Positions 24,180 to 36,674 of a DNA stretch of 64,000 nucleotides are shown in pieces. How positions within the stretch are numbered: the first letter of the stretch is position 1; the number at the start of each line of letters is the position of its first letter. The translations under genes and the position numbers were made by a program. The notes below the pieces were generated by a model. The model saw nothing but the letters and a program-made list of their open reading frames with translations. It had not been told where the DNA came from and made no database searches. Source of the stretch: Lama glama (Eukaryota); assembly GCA_028534125.1 (NCBI GenBank), contig CM052849.1, positions 18,414,001 through 18,478,000 of the forward strand. Reading direction: 5' to 3'.

Positions 24180-24440
24180 GGTCTGATGTGAGCTGCTGAG
24201 GAAAGAGAAGGGTCAAAGATGGAGAAACGTTTAGCCTGGGACGATGGGGCGGGTGTTAACTGAGAAGGAGCTTACAGGAGGAGTACACGGTGTGGGGAGG
24301 CGGTGAGGGACGGGATTTCAGTCTTGGACATTTTACGTTCGAAAAGCATGTTAGACACGCAGGTGGATACATAGAACAGGGAACTGGCTGTAGGTTTTTG
24401 GAGCTCATGAGAAATGTCTAGGCTGCAGGGGTGAATTCTG
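24180..24440 (-). mobile_element. L2 internal fragment
   Basis: gaggaaagagaagggtcaaagatg...gatttcagtcttggacattttacgttcga...ggagctcatgagaaatgtctaggctg. Confidence 0.6.
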
Positions 24441-26414
24441 ACGACTGTCCCTTTGTCCCACTGCAGTGAGTACCCCAAAGCAGTTGTGGTGAGATGTCCA
24501 TGGTCCTTTATCCCAGCACACGTTTGCCCTGTCACCCTGCAGCCAACCCATCGTGGGCCTGGCTGTTGCCATCCCAGCCATGAACAAAGCCCGTGCCATC
24601 TGATGGGTAAGAGTCTCCAGAGCGGAAACCACAGTGTCCTCCTCTGCGCGTGGAGGGCTTGCCGCCGAGGCGCCCACGCCCGTCAGGGGTGGGGCGCGTC
24701 GGTTCTGATGTCAGAGGCGGCTGCTGCTTTGGTCCCCTGGGGACCAGCACAGCCTGCGGGTGGCTGGAGTTTGGGTGCCGTCCCAGGCCTGCATGGAGAA
24801 GCCAGCCAACCAGTGTGCACAGGGCGTGGAATTGGTCCTCCAGCCTCATCCGCAGCCGTCCTCGCCTGAGAAGTCAGCCTGCCCTCCGGGGGTGGAGGCA
24901 CCCTGGCTAATGGGGGCTCCTCCTGGCGCGAGGGCGGGCCGAGCTCGCTCACCGCAGCAGCAGGCCTGCTTCCCACGGAAGCAGACGCTTTTGGAAAAGC
25001 TGAAGGCTCCCTGCCTCCTCCGTTGTATGGCTCCCCTGTGTGAGAAAGGGCCGGGTTCGCAACGGAAGGGGAATCCATGAGGCAATCCCGGGGGAGTTAC
25101 CACCAGGTTCCGAGTCCTCAGAGCAGGGTGTGGACCCCGGGTCCCCGCAGCCTTGGCGTCCTCATGTTCACCAAGCACCCCCGGGGTTTTACTTTGGGCT
25201 AGTGGTGGGATGGGGCTGGTGACCCCGCCGTGGTCAGAGGGGGAACGCGGCTGCCCCGGCCAGTGAGACGTAGTGGAAATGCCGGGGCGCTCCCTGGCCA
25301 GTGTGGAGAGGCGTCAGGGCGCCTTCTGCCTTTGGGCCAGACCAGGGGTCATAGGTGTGCAGAGTGAACACCATTCTTTAAGACGCACTGAATATCTTTG
25401 TCAGATTCACAAAGAAACCTATCACAACATCATTGACCCAAAGCGGGAGGGGGTAGAGGAGTCTAGGGTACAGGAAGGGGTGGGAGGCAGAGTTTGCCCT
25501 GCATGCCACTGGATAATTTTTGAACTTGTAACCTGGTGGAAAATGTTATTTATTCAAAATATCATTCAGTGAAACACAGCAAAATGCAGATTCCCCAGGT
25601 CCTGGCTCAGACAAATCCCGAAACACCCACCCCAGGGACAACGCGGAGAACCACTGGAGACACTCCCACCCGTTGTGGACACTGTCCGGGTCTGTTACAT
25701 TCTTTCTTAAGCCAGGAAGCACTTTTCCCATCAGGAGACTCCGGAGTGGCATACGGGATACTTGCTTGCAAGGGATGTTCACATTATTATGGACGAAAGA
25801 GTTTTCATTCTGGACGTCAACGTGGAAAGCAGAGAGCGGAACAGCTCCTAAAGGCTGTACTTGGAGAATCAGTGTAGGAAGGGTGGTGCCTGTGTGTCTC
25901 CATTTCCCAGAAGGGGTTGGGGGGCCCATCAGAGGCAAAGGCAGGAAGGAAAAAGCCGTGTAAGTGGGTCGGTTGTCTTAGCTGCCCTCACGTGCGTCGT
26001 GGGGATTTCTACAAAGTCCAGTGAGCTGGAAGTTAGGACGAGCTGTTAGTATGAGAAACTGCTGTCGATTTGGCAGCCGAGAAACCCGGAGCACCTGAGC
26101 GTTTGCTCGCTACGGCGATTTACTGGGGGGGGCTCTGGAGAAGCGTTAGCTAAGCGAAAAAATAAGGTCGCTCCCACCAGGCTGCGAGGTGGATGCTGCT
26201 TTAATCAAGATAAAAAGGAGAGGAAAAAGAGCCCCGAATAATTTTCCTGGGGTTGTCAAACAGAAGTGGTGGTTTGATTTAAGTACCATGAGATGTTTTA
26301 GCAGTCAGATAGGGGATTTCTTGGCGCATTTCTGATACGAAACACGTTGTTGAGATTCTAACAACAGCAGTGCAATCCCCCAAACCACAGCCAGTTGGGG
26401 ATGGTAGCTTTCTG

Positions 26415-27070
26415 TTTTTAAATACAGTATTTCCAGGTTACAGAACGCAGAAGACTAGGGTGTAACACACACCCAGGGACCTGTCATTCAGTTTGTCAAA
26501 TCTTCATATTTTGCCAAATATCCTGTCATTTTCTTAAAAGAAACAAAACATGAAAGACAAAATTGAAGCCTTAATATACCAATTCCAACCGCATTTTCTT
26601 TTCTTCCTCCCAGGAAGTAGCCATTCTTCTGAATTTGGTCATTCTGAGAAATTAAAATATCGTACCTATAAATAGAAAGCTGTCATCCTAACTATGGTTT
26701 GGTGGAGAGATATATATTTATTATATTATATTATTATTAAATATACATTTATTTATCATAGTATTACACTGTCATACTGTGAAGGGCCATTTGCAGTTAG
26801 TGTTCCTTTAAAAATTCTTAGATTTATGTGTGTGCATGTGTACACACGTATTATGTAGCTGTCCATCTACACGGTCTGTGTGCGTACACACACATGCAAA
26901 CCCACAGACATACACCCAGGAGTAGGATTTCTGATTTTCAGGGCAAGCACGGCTTCACTTTGCTAGCTATTGCTAAATTCTTCCCCAAAAGGGTTATTCC
27001 AATTTGCATTCCCATCAGCACAGTATAAAAGTTTCTACTCTCTGTATCTTCTCCCAAAATGCCTGATCTT
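26415..27070 (-). mobile_element. L1ME-like fragments
   Basis: ctcccaggaagtagccattcttctgaattt and catacacccaggagtaggatttctg...ccaatttgcattcccatcagca. Confidence 0.55.
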
Positions 27071-28260
27071 TTCATCTTGGCACACGTTCACAGCTGAATC
27101 CTCTTTTGTGGGTATTTCTGTGGGTTTGGGCAGACCGGTCACACACGTGTAGTTCCTGGGAGAGGGCCTGGCGGGGCTGCCGGGGCTCAGGACGCGGGAG
27201 ATTTTCCGCATCAGGCTTTTGGAGAGATTGAGCCCATTGCAGGGGGAGCCTGTCTTGATGAAACTTTGGCCACAGAAGATCAACCCCTTTTTACAGCATC
27301 CTCTCTCGTGTCGGGACCTGAAGGCTTAACCTACAGAACCGGGCCCCTGTTTGCTGGGTTAGTCCTCGTGGGTCTAGGCGCCGATTGAAATGTTATTCAC
27401 CCCGACAGAGAGAGGCAAGAGGAGAGAAGTGGGAGGGAGGGAGCCTTTGAAGCTTTGGGAGAATGAATGAAGCAGGCATGGAGTGACAGTCAGCAGGACA
27501 CATTAGGGAAGATGAACAAGGCCAAGGTGCCGAAGCTGAGGCTGGCACGTTACACCGTCAGGGGCATCTCAAGGGCTCACCCGTCTGTTTCTGAAAGTGT
27601 TGGGTACCTGGACAGGAACCAGGGGCTGGGACGTGTAAGGTCATGTTTCCCCAGGTGATGCCGTTGACCGGTAAGGCCACACAGCAGGAGGTGTGGAGGG
27701 CTCCCTCCCTTCCCATCCCAAGTTTCCTCCCCTCTGGTGTTTTGGAAGCTGTCTCCCCTGGAAGAGCCCTTTACATGTGCTGTTCTCACTGCCCTAGTCT
27801 CTGTGGCTGTTAGAGCCTCCCCCCGCCCACCAACCCGAACCAGACTAACAGAAGCTAGAAGCTTCTTGCCAGGGCACACAATCCCTGGTGGCCTCTGTGA
27901 CACAGTTGGCTAGGCTGGGTGTTGGTGTTCCAACAGTCCTCTCGGTTCACCTTAATAATTGGCACTAAATGGCTTTTTGGAAAACACAGTTCATCCTATA
28001 GCCACTTACTTCCATTTTTCAATGTTTTTGCTGCTACGATGTAGGTTTTTTCTTACGTCTATGACATTATCATGTTGTTCATAACATAAAAATAATTAAA
28101 AATGAACATTGATTTTCAGCAGCTTTCTAGTGGTTCCTTGAGTCGTACTGCATTTTTTTTTCTCCTTTTTCAGTCTTATTAGGTAGAATTATTACACACT
28201 GCATTCTTATGATGAAAAAAAAATTCAGTTATCTGAGAACCACACTTTCTGAGCATACAG

Positions 28261-28637
28261 TGTTAACCTGAAACAATAAAACTGCCAGTTTGTTCTACCA
28301 GCAAAATGAGTTGATTCAGGAACAGCAAAGAACTGCAAGACATACAACGATGGTGACCCACAAGCCACTCCAATAAAGCCAAGGAGAGGACACTTTTTTA
28401 TAGAGGAACAGGGTGGGCGGGGCTGTTATAAACAAAAAGTCCATTGGAGGAAACTGGGAGTTTGAAGAATAGTGGCTTCTCATTGGCTGAGTTGTGGTGG
28501 TCTCTCATTGGCTGAGCTGTTGCCAGGCGGAGAGAGAACAATTCTTCCTCCAGACAAGAGCCCCTCCTGTGTGAGAGCTCCCCTTTCTGACTTCCCGACT
28601 CCGTTTCCGTGAGGTTTCCTTTTTATTAATTTTCACA
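28261..28637 (-). mobile_element. Solo ERV1-type LTR
   Basis: TG...CA termini with 4-bp flanks ACAG/ATAG (one mismatch). On the minus strand: CCAAT boxes, GC box, TATA (CTATAAAAAA) and a degenerate poly(A) signal (gaatcaactc). Confidence 0.75.
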
Positions 28638-28879
28638 ATAGGAAATATGAGCGTTTTCTATACATTACAGAACTACAAATGCATTGCTTCTTTTTTGGCT
28701 TTTCTGTGCTTTCTCAGTGTTATGCCATGACATTGTCTTCATGATTTAAAAATTATGTTTTAAAGCTATGGAATCTGTTGACCAAGTGGAGTTTAATGAG
28801 CTTTTTTTGGTACCTCTTAGCTTCTATTTGAACTATGAAAACTGAGAGCGTTATTATCTTTCCCCTATGAGTTTTTAAA

Positions 28880-30495
28880 CTATAATGCAGTTAAAACTGA
28901 AGTAGACTGACGAGCACATAGTTAATGTGCACAGTTTGCTGGGTTTTGACATATGTAAACATCCCAAAATACATCATCACATTGAAGGTAAGAAATGTCT
29001 CTATCACCCCAGAACGTTCCTCATACCTATTTTTACCCATCCAGCTGCATCCTCAGGGAGCCACTGACATGTCACTGGAGATTAGTCTGCTTTTCCCAGA
29101 ATCTTACACAAACAGGCTTTATGAAATCTCATTTGCATGGCTTTTTTTTCCCACTTAGTACAATGATTCTGAGCCTCATCCATGTTTTTCCTTTTTCTTG
29201 CCAATTATGCTCCATTATGTGGACATAACAAAATGTGTTTTTCCATTCATCTGTCAATAGACATTTGAGTTGGCTCTAGTTTTTGGATTTTGAGAATAAA
29301 GCTGCTATGAACATTCATAAACAAGTCTGTGCGTGCATACGCAGTGTTTTTTTTTTTTTTTGGCTCTTAGGTGAATACCTAGAAAAGGCATATCTGAGTC
29401 ACATGCTATTATATATTTGCTTAACAGAAAAAAATGCTAAACTGTTTTCCAAAGGAGTTGTGCCATTTCACACTTCCACCAGCAATATGGGAGAGTGCCA
29501 GCAGGTGGATGGTCAGTTTGTTTGTTTTAAATTTTAGCAGTGAGAATGGGTCTGCAGTGTTATCTCATTTTGCCACTAGTTTGCATTTCCCTATTGTCTA
29601 ATGATCTTGGACATCTTTTCATGTGCTTTCTGACCGCTTGTGCTTCTTGCTTATAAAGCGTCTTCTCAGATTCTTTGTCCATGTTCTTACCGCGTTGTTT
29701 GCTTGCTTGCTGATTCTAAGAGCTCTTTATAGATTGTTTTCGTCTGGTACATCTGTTGTGAATATTTTTCTCTAAGTTTGTTGCTTGCCTTTTAGTTTTC
29801 TAAGCAAAAGTTTAAAATTTCTGTGAAATCTGATAAATTATTTTTTGCGATTCATACGTTTACATGTTTTATCTAAGAAACACTTTCCATGGCCAAATTT
29901 GCCATATATTTTCTTCTAGAAATTTTATAACTTTAGAAGATTATATTTAGTTACATGATACACTTGTGTTACTTTTTATCTATGGTATGAGATAAGAATG
30001 ATGCTCCTTTTTTTTTTTAATGCAGATATCCAGCTGATGCATCACCATTTGTTGACAAAGCTTTCCTTTCCCCATTGAATTCTCTTGGCACCTTTGTCCA
30101 AAATGAGCACTAAGACTGACTGGCGTTCATTTTGCTGAGGTCAGCCTTGCTTCCTGTATTTTCTTCAACGAATTCTGTGTCTTAGGCTTGAGACTTTAAT
30201 TCACCTGAAATTGATTTTTGTGCGTAGTGTAAGGTGGGTGTCCCGCTTCCTTCTTTTACCGGTCAATGTCCAGTTTTCCCAACGCCGTTTGTTGAAGAGA
30301 CTGTGCTTTCCCTATTGTGTGTCCTTGGCTCCCCAGTCGGAGATCGGTGGACTGTGTATGTAGGGGTTTAATTCTGGGCTCTCTATTCCATTCTGTTGAT
30401 CTAGGTATCTGTCCTTTTGCCGGTATCTATGCTGTTTTGATTACTACAGCTTTGTAATATATTTTGAAGCACCCAGCTTTGTTCTTTCTCAAGCT
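28880..30495 (-). mobile_element. Old L1 (L1MC/MD/MB-like) 3'UTR and ORF2 fragments
   Basis: aataaagctgctatgaacattca...gcatttccctattgtctaatgat...gatatccagctgatgcatcaccatttgttga...gctgttttgattactacagctttgtaata. Confidence 0.8.
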
Positions 30496-30580
30496 AGGGC
30501 TTTGTTTTGTTTTGTTTATGCCCCGGCAGTTTGAACACAAAGCAAGTGATCATTATACACTCTAAAAACACTTTGCCTCT

Positions 30581-30637
30581 CACAGGGAACTCTATCAATA
30601 CCTTGTAATAGCCTGTCATGAAAAGGAACACACACAA

Positions 30638-30670
<33 letters not shown>

Positions 30671-30790
30671 TATATATATATGTTTTGTATATATATATAT
30701 ATATATCTGTGCTATATACCAGAAACTAACACAACATTGTAAACTGACTATACTTCAATAAAAAATTAAAATTAAAAAAATAAATAGACT
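30581..30790 (+). mobile_element. Short L1 3' end with an exact 12-bp TSD and an internal (CA)n(TA)n compound microsatellite
   Basis: TSD CACTTTGCCTCT at 30569-30580 and 30791-30802. Body cacagggaac...ccagaaactaacacaacattgtaaactgactatacttcaataaa. Confidence 0.9.
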
Positions 30791-31532
30791 CACTTTGCCT
30801 CTGTCCTGCAGTCATGAATCACCTGCCTCCCAATGCCCAGCACAAGTCTTTACACTGAAGTCATTGTCAAGTGAGAACATGGATTTTTTTTTTCCTGTCC
30901 AGTAGTGGGATCAGCTCAAATCAAGTGATGAAAATTGCTTGCCTGGGTCCCTGTTTCAAATAGCATTTACAGGAGCTCAAGTGAGCTGCTACACACTTGG
31001 CATAAATCGCCAAACTGCTCCCGTTTCGTTATATTTCCTCTCATGTCTGTCTCTAGCAGAGACCAGCGCAGCTGGCACCCACCCCGAAACAAAGGTATTT
31101 AAAACCTTCCACTCCTTTTGGCCCTGCATCCCAGCTGGTGGCCTCTTTTAGAGAAGAGCGTGTGATGGTCCGTATCGAAGAGGAAAGGGTGACTTCTTGG
31201 ACACTGCTGAATTAAAGGTCTCTTTCTCTTGTAAAGGCAGACAAGCATCCTACTTGAGGGTAGATTCTTTGAAAGCTCAACTCGAGTAAAGCCTTTCAGA
31301 TTACTAAGGGTTTGTAGGTTGCCGAATACCATGACTCCCCTTTACAGAAAAAGAGACAGCTGCGTCGGACAGTCGCTCCTCCTGCATTTTAAGACTCCTC
31401 TGTGAAATCAGAAAAGCAAACAAGCAAGCAAGCAACCAACTAAACAAAAAACAGCTTCCTCCTATTTTGTTAAAGAATAAGAAAGATGGAGGTTTTTTTG
31501 TTTGTTTGTTTGTTTGTTTGTTTTTTCTGGTA

Positions 31533-31707
31533 CTGTCTGGGATGATCGCCACTGATCACATGTGGCTATTTAAATTTAAGTAATTTCAATTTTTCATTTC
31601 TGAATCATTCTAGCCACATGTCAGGTGTTCAGCAGCCAGGACTCTGCATTGGCAAACAGATTATAGAACACTTTCATCACTGCAGAGAGTTCTATGGGGC
31701 AGCACTG
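31533..31707. mobile_element. MER3/MER33-like hAT-Charlie MITE
   Basis: cacatgtggctatttaaatttaa...ctagccacatgtcaggtgttcagcagcca...tagaacactttcatcactgcagagagttctatggggcagcactg. Confidence 0.75.
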
Positions 31708-32499
31708 CTCTAAGACTTAAGAGAAGAAACGATAGGGTTGGATTTGATGTGATGCAGAAGAATGAAAACAGCTCTGCAGCAAGCAGTTCCATAAATATGT
31801 ATTTATGTCTTAAAATACGATGTGTAAATGTTGGAAAAGCACGTCGGAATTTCTTTGAATTATAACAATTTGGCAAAGCGTCTGATTTATACGTGAAACT
31901 GGCTGGCTGGATTCATACTGTTTTACCTTTTCTATCTGAAGGAGAAGCTGGTGAATAATTGATCAGACAGGGAAAAGTACCTGTCGTCATTGTCACCATC
32001 ATTCTTATTTTCAAATGAGGCATTAGACGAATTCCCTCAGAATACCTCTGATGTCTGGCTTCTCTTAACTTCGTGTGTTTCCATTTGGTGAGTTCAACAA
32101 GGAAGAAATAGTTATATAATTTATAATATAGAATAATGTATAATTTACATAGCACCTAATTTTCAAAGAATCTTGCTCCTTATCATTTGATTTCTTCTTT
32201 TTTTTTACAGCCTTATTAAAAAGCAAGTCTCCTGGTTATTCTATATCATGTAAATTCCTTATCTTGTTCAACAGTTCACCCATTCCAGAAAATCAAACTG
32301 CACGTCTATTCTATTGAAGAAATATGCACAGTCTTTTAAGATTTGGGGATAACATTTGACCCATCCATTCTTTTATTACAGGTACTTTGATTTTTCTCTG
32401 CTGGAGATGGGTTGATCTGTTTTTCCTTGAATTTGATACTTTCCTGAGTCTATATAAAGTGTCAGTGGGAAAAGGCACACATTTCACTTCTCAAAGCCT

Positions 32500-33228
32500 A
32501 ATAGTTACATTTATTTATTTATGTGTTTCTTTGTTTGTTTATTACCTTTTAAACCGCGTCACCCATTCCTTCCACCCGCCACCACCCCATCTATGGCAAC
32601 CACCCATCTGTTCTCTGTATCCATGAGCCTGAGGTTTTGTTTTGTTTTTCAGATTCTACATATGGGATCACACCGTGTTTGTCTTTCTCTGTCTTATTTC
32701 ATCTGATATAATGTCTTCAAATTCCATCCATGCTGTTGCAAATGGCAAGATTTCATTCTTTTTATAGCTGAGTAATATTCCATTTTATAGCTGAGTAAAT
32801 ACACATCCCCACACGTACTCTTTATCCATTCATCCATCAGTGGGCACTTAGATTGCTTTCCCTTATCGGCTATTATAAGTCATGCTGCTGTGAACACGAG
32901 ACTGCATGTATCTTTGAGTTCATGTGTTCGTTTCCTTTGGATACACTCCCAGAAGTGGATCCTATGGCAGTTCAATTTTAAATTCTCTGAGGGACCGCCG
33001 TGCTGTTTTCCACAGCGGCTGCGCGGTTTGCATTCCCACCCGAGGTGCAGGAGGGCTCCCTTTTCTCCACGTCCTCGCCAACACCTGTTACTTGTCGTCT
33101 CTTCGATGACAGCCGTTCTGACAGGCGTGGGGTGGTACCTCGGCGCGGTTTTGATGTGTGTTTCCCTGGTGATGAGTGATGCTGAGCACGTGTTCATGTC
33201 CCTGTTGGCCGGCCATCGGTGTATCTTT
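32500..33228 (-). mobile_element. L1MA-like ORF2 C-terminus/3'UTR
   Basis: Minus ORF 32880-33245 (CSASLITRETHIKTAPRYHPTPVRTAVIEETTSNRCWRGRGEKGALLH) is the L1 ORF2 cysteine-rich domain. Confidence 0.88.
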
Positions 33229-33769
33229 GCTGTTTTCTTATTCAAAAGAAAGAAATTAAGCGGCTTGGCGGGGAATGAGAGTGAGCAGAATCCTCCGTCA
33301 GATTTCCCCTGAAGGACATTGCTCTGCTCTGTTTGCCTTCCTTTCTTTGCTCTTCTCCAGCAGGTTACTCCTCGGATTTCTTAAAGGTTATTCACCACCT
33401 TCTACGATGCATCTTAGCTATCAGGTGTCGGGTCACCGTGGCAGGTCCAGGTTTAAAGGAGGGACTAGCACGGTTTGGCCCCCTCCCAAGTCCCCTCCAC
33501 TTAACGCCTCAATCCCAGTCAAATCCGTGAGAAACGAGAGGTTGCTGTGACACTTTGTGTTTTGTTTTGAGGCGTCCTCTCAGTTTCAAGCCCTTTTCTG
33601 CACTCTGACTGACAAAGTTAATTTATACCAATTCTTTGTCTTGAAGGGGCCCCCAGTCCAGCCAAGAGGCAGACAGAGACGGGGCCCGTATGAGGGCTGG
33701 AGATCTCAAACCAAGACGAGCCACTGGGTCTCCACGTGGCACCGGCCGATTCACAGTTCCCACTGCCTA

Positions 33770-34090
33770 TTGGAATAAAGTCTTTACTTCAGGCTTGATT
33801 TTTAACAGTTTTGTGCTTTCCCTCTGGAGCGTTTCTCTCTGTGGTGCCTGCTCATCAGGTTTAAATTTTAATTAAACAGCTGTCACTTGCTTGTTAGTCC
33901 TGTGGCAACCTGATGTTTTATGAAACTTTAATTTAGCCTGAGCTGCATAAGAAGATTTCTTCAGACAACAAAGGAACGCTATTAACAGGGTACCGTCGCG
34001 ATGAAGCAGCATTTGCTGCAGTGCTAAGAGATTCAGGCACAGGGAAGGAATTCAGGGTAAGCCCTCAAGTAATTAGTATTAAGCACTGGA
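33770..34090. promoter_or_regulatory. Candidate conserved non-coding element
   Basis: TTAATTAA, CAGCTGTCA (E-box/MEIS), GGCAAC (RFX half-site), TTTTATGA (HOX), AACAAAG (SOX) and TAATTA within ~300 bp. Confidence 0.35.
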
Positions 34091-34644
34091 GCGGGGGCAT
34101 GTGAAGGCCAGACGGAACCGGGGGAGGCACAGGCCAGAGGAACCCAGATGCTTGAGACCCTTGGGTGTTCTCTGCCCTCCTCTGTCTCCACTTCCTTCTG
34201 CCTCATGTCTCTGTCTTTCCCTCTCTCTCTGCCTCTAAGCACCTTTCAGCCCCTTTTCTCTCTTTGTCAGTCCGTGGCTCTGTTTATCTATAGATCTAAC
34301 CATTGACTCTGTTTCCTTCCCCTTCTTCTGTCCTTGGTCCTGTTCCGAGCATCCGCAGGCTCCGAAGGGCTGGAGACCAAGCTGGCCAGACTAAGGAGGG
34401 AGGCAGTGATGGCACAGACTCACCTGGGGCCAGGAGGAGGGTCCCCAGGTGGTGCTGGTTCCTTTCACCCCTCTTCCCCGCCTCTGCTAGAGTAGACTTT
34501 TTGCTTATAGCAGAGAAAACCTCTCTCAGGGGACTATATTTTCTAAAGTGCATTCACACACCACCTTCACAATTTTGCACATAACTGCACATGACATTGG
34601 GCCTTTGCATATTTCTTATTTTGTCTTTAAATTAATCCACCTTT

Positions 34645-35013
34645 TTTTTTAATTGAGGTAACATTGGTCTACAATATTATGTAAATTTCAGGTGTATGAC
34701 ATAGTGATTCTCAATTTTTAGTGTTACACTCTATTTATAGTTCTTATGAAATGTTGGCTGTGTTCCCTGTGCTGTACAATGTGTCCTTGCAGTTGTTTGT
34801 GCCTCTTACTCCCCTCCCCCCGTCCTGCCCGCTCCCCACCGGTCATCACCGGTTTGTTCTCTGTATCTGTGAGTCTGTCTCTTTTCTGTGTGTCACCAGT
34901 TTGCTTCATGTTTTAGATTCTACACATAAGTGATATCATATGGTATTTATCTTTCTCAGACTTATTTCACTAAGCATAATACCCTCCCAGTCCATCCATG
35001 TTGCTGCAAATGG
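34645..35013 (-). mobile_element. L1 3' end with TSD
   Basis: Antisense L1 3'UTR. TSD TAAATTAATCCACCTTT (34628-34644) / TTAATTAATTCACCTTT (35014-35030). Confidence 0.88.
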
Positions 35014-35097
35014 TTAATTAATTCACCTTTTAGACTTTAAAAAAAAAAAACCCTAAATTTAGTCACACTCCAAATCTGCAATCCATGAAGACATGAG

Positions 35098-35100
<3 letters not shown>

Positions 35101-35129
<29 letters not shown>
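35101..35129. repeat. (TG)14 microsatellite
   Basis: Perfect run. Confidence 0.9.
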
Positions 35130-35132
<3 letters not shown>

Positions 35133-36467
35133 ATTTCTTAATACATATTAAAATGTTAAAAATAAAACAAAACAAAACCCAAAGCCAGAAACAGACAAAT
35201 TCATCTATGCATCACCTGAAATAATTTCAAGTATTAACCAGTGTTAAAAATTCCGTAGTTTGGCAAACTTCTTACAGCACACTTTGGCTTTGTGTTGGCT
35301 TGTTTTAATTTTTGTTTCTTCTCTGATCCTGTTTGGCTAGGTGTGGCGGTCTGCTAGAATCCCATCCCCGGCTCTGTCGGGCTATTTTCAGCAGTCTCCT
35401 TAAACTCAAATCTACTGTTTCTGGATGTTTGTAACACACTGGTTGGAGTTTTCCTTTTGCCCTTAAAAGATCTGGGAAAAGCACTTAATTGTCAATATCA
35501 TCTGTCCTCCAAGTGGTCGAAAGGATCCCTTACATCCAGTCTATTCATTCATGTTAGGAAACCCACCATGGTTCTGAGTTCTGTTGCCGCAGATGATCCG
35601 CCTCCTCTTCTACAGCAGTTGAGCTTAGAGTTGGTTCGGTCATGGCCGAAATCCATCTTTAAGGCAGAAACAAGAGCCTAAGTGGAGCTTCCTTCCTGTG
35701 GGAGTGCAGGGCTGGGGGGAGGTGTTTTTCTCCCTCTCCGGTTCAGGGTGAAGGCATTTGAAGGAGGCTCACCTTGAACCAAGACAACTTTGAAAGCCTA
35801 CATCTAGAGACGGGCAATTTCAAATAGAAAACGGGATTTCTGCTTTTCTCGGAAAGCTCAAGTTAGGCTCACATCCCTGCCTGGTGACATCACCCGGGAC
35901 TGAATACGGAGTCTCCCCATTAGCCAGAGAAGGTGGCTTCCCGTTGGCCTCAGTCCCCACCAGGCCCTCCTGTCTCTCCCGCACAAAGGCTGAGGGATAC
36001 ACATCGTTTCCCTTCCCACTTGCGCTGTGTGCTTTCTATCAGTAGAGTGCATAGAAAAGTGGAAAGTCAACATACGCTGGTCTCCATAAAAAGTGGGCAA
36101 AAACCAAACAGCCCTCACTCTGCCCTACAATTCCGCTCCATCCCAGGTTACAGAAGTCATGCTGGGAAGTTGGAAAGTGCTCTCCCAGAGAGCAGTCAGG
36201 GGGCTGAGGGTCCTTGAAATCAGATGACAGAAGAAACAACTGAAGGAACTACAAGTCCTCAGCCATGTGAGGCGACAGAAAAGGGGCCAGAGGGTGTGTG
36301 AAGGGGGGTGGATCAGAGCTGTTTTTTATACTGAAAGGGTCACCGAGTGGATGCTGTTCTTTCTTTCTGGATCTCTAAAGTAGAAACTAAAAGGAAACCA
36401 ACTTCAGCTCATTGTAAAGAAATAGACGTTCCAGAATCAGAGTCTTACTGATGGCTGAATTTTTTAG

Positions 36468-36615
36468 ACATTGGCTTAAATGTGACTTCATTGCTTTCTA
36501 GCTGTTCGACCTTTAGCAAGTTACGTTAACTCTCGACACCTTAATTTCTTATGTGTGAGGTGGAGATGGTAATGGTCCACTGTTTTGTACCTTCCACAGA
36601 GGATGGTTCTCAATC
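36468..36615 (+). mobile_element. MIR fragment
   Basis: ctagctgttcgacctttagcaagttacgttaactctcgacaccttaatttcttatgtgtgaggtggagatggtaat. Confidence 0.65.
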
Positions 36616-36674
36616 AGAGTGCTTCTGGCCAAAACTGCTGATAATTGTAATGAACCTTCGAAAGTCCTTCAATT

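Larger units (their letters stand above)
34530..35280. mobile_element. MER113-like hAT MITE split by a later L1
   Basis: caccaccttcacaattttgcacata...tttaaattaatccac on the left, catcacctgaaataatttcaagta...gtttggcaaac on the right. Confidence 0.45.
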
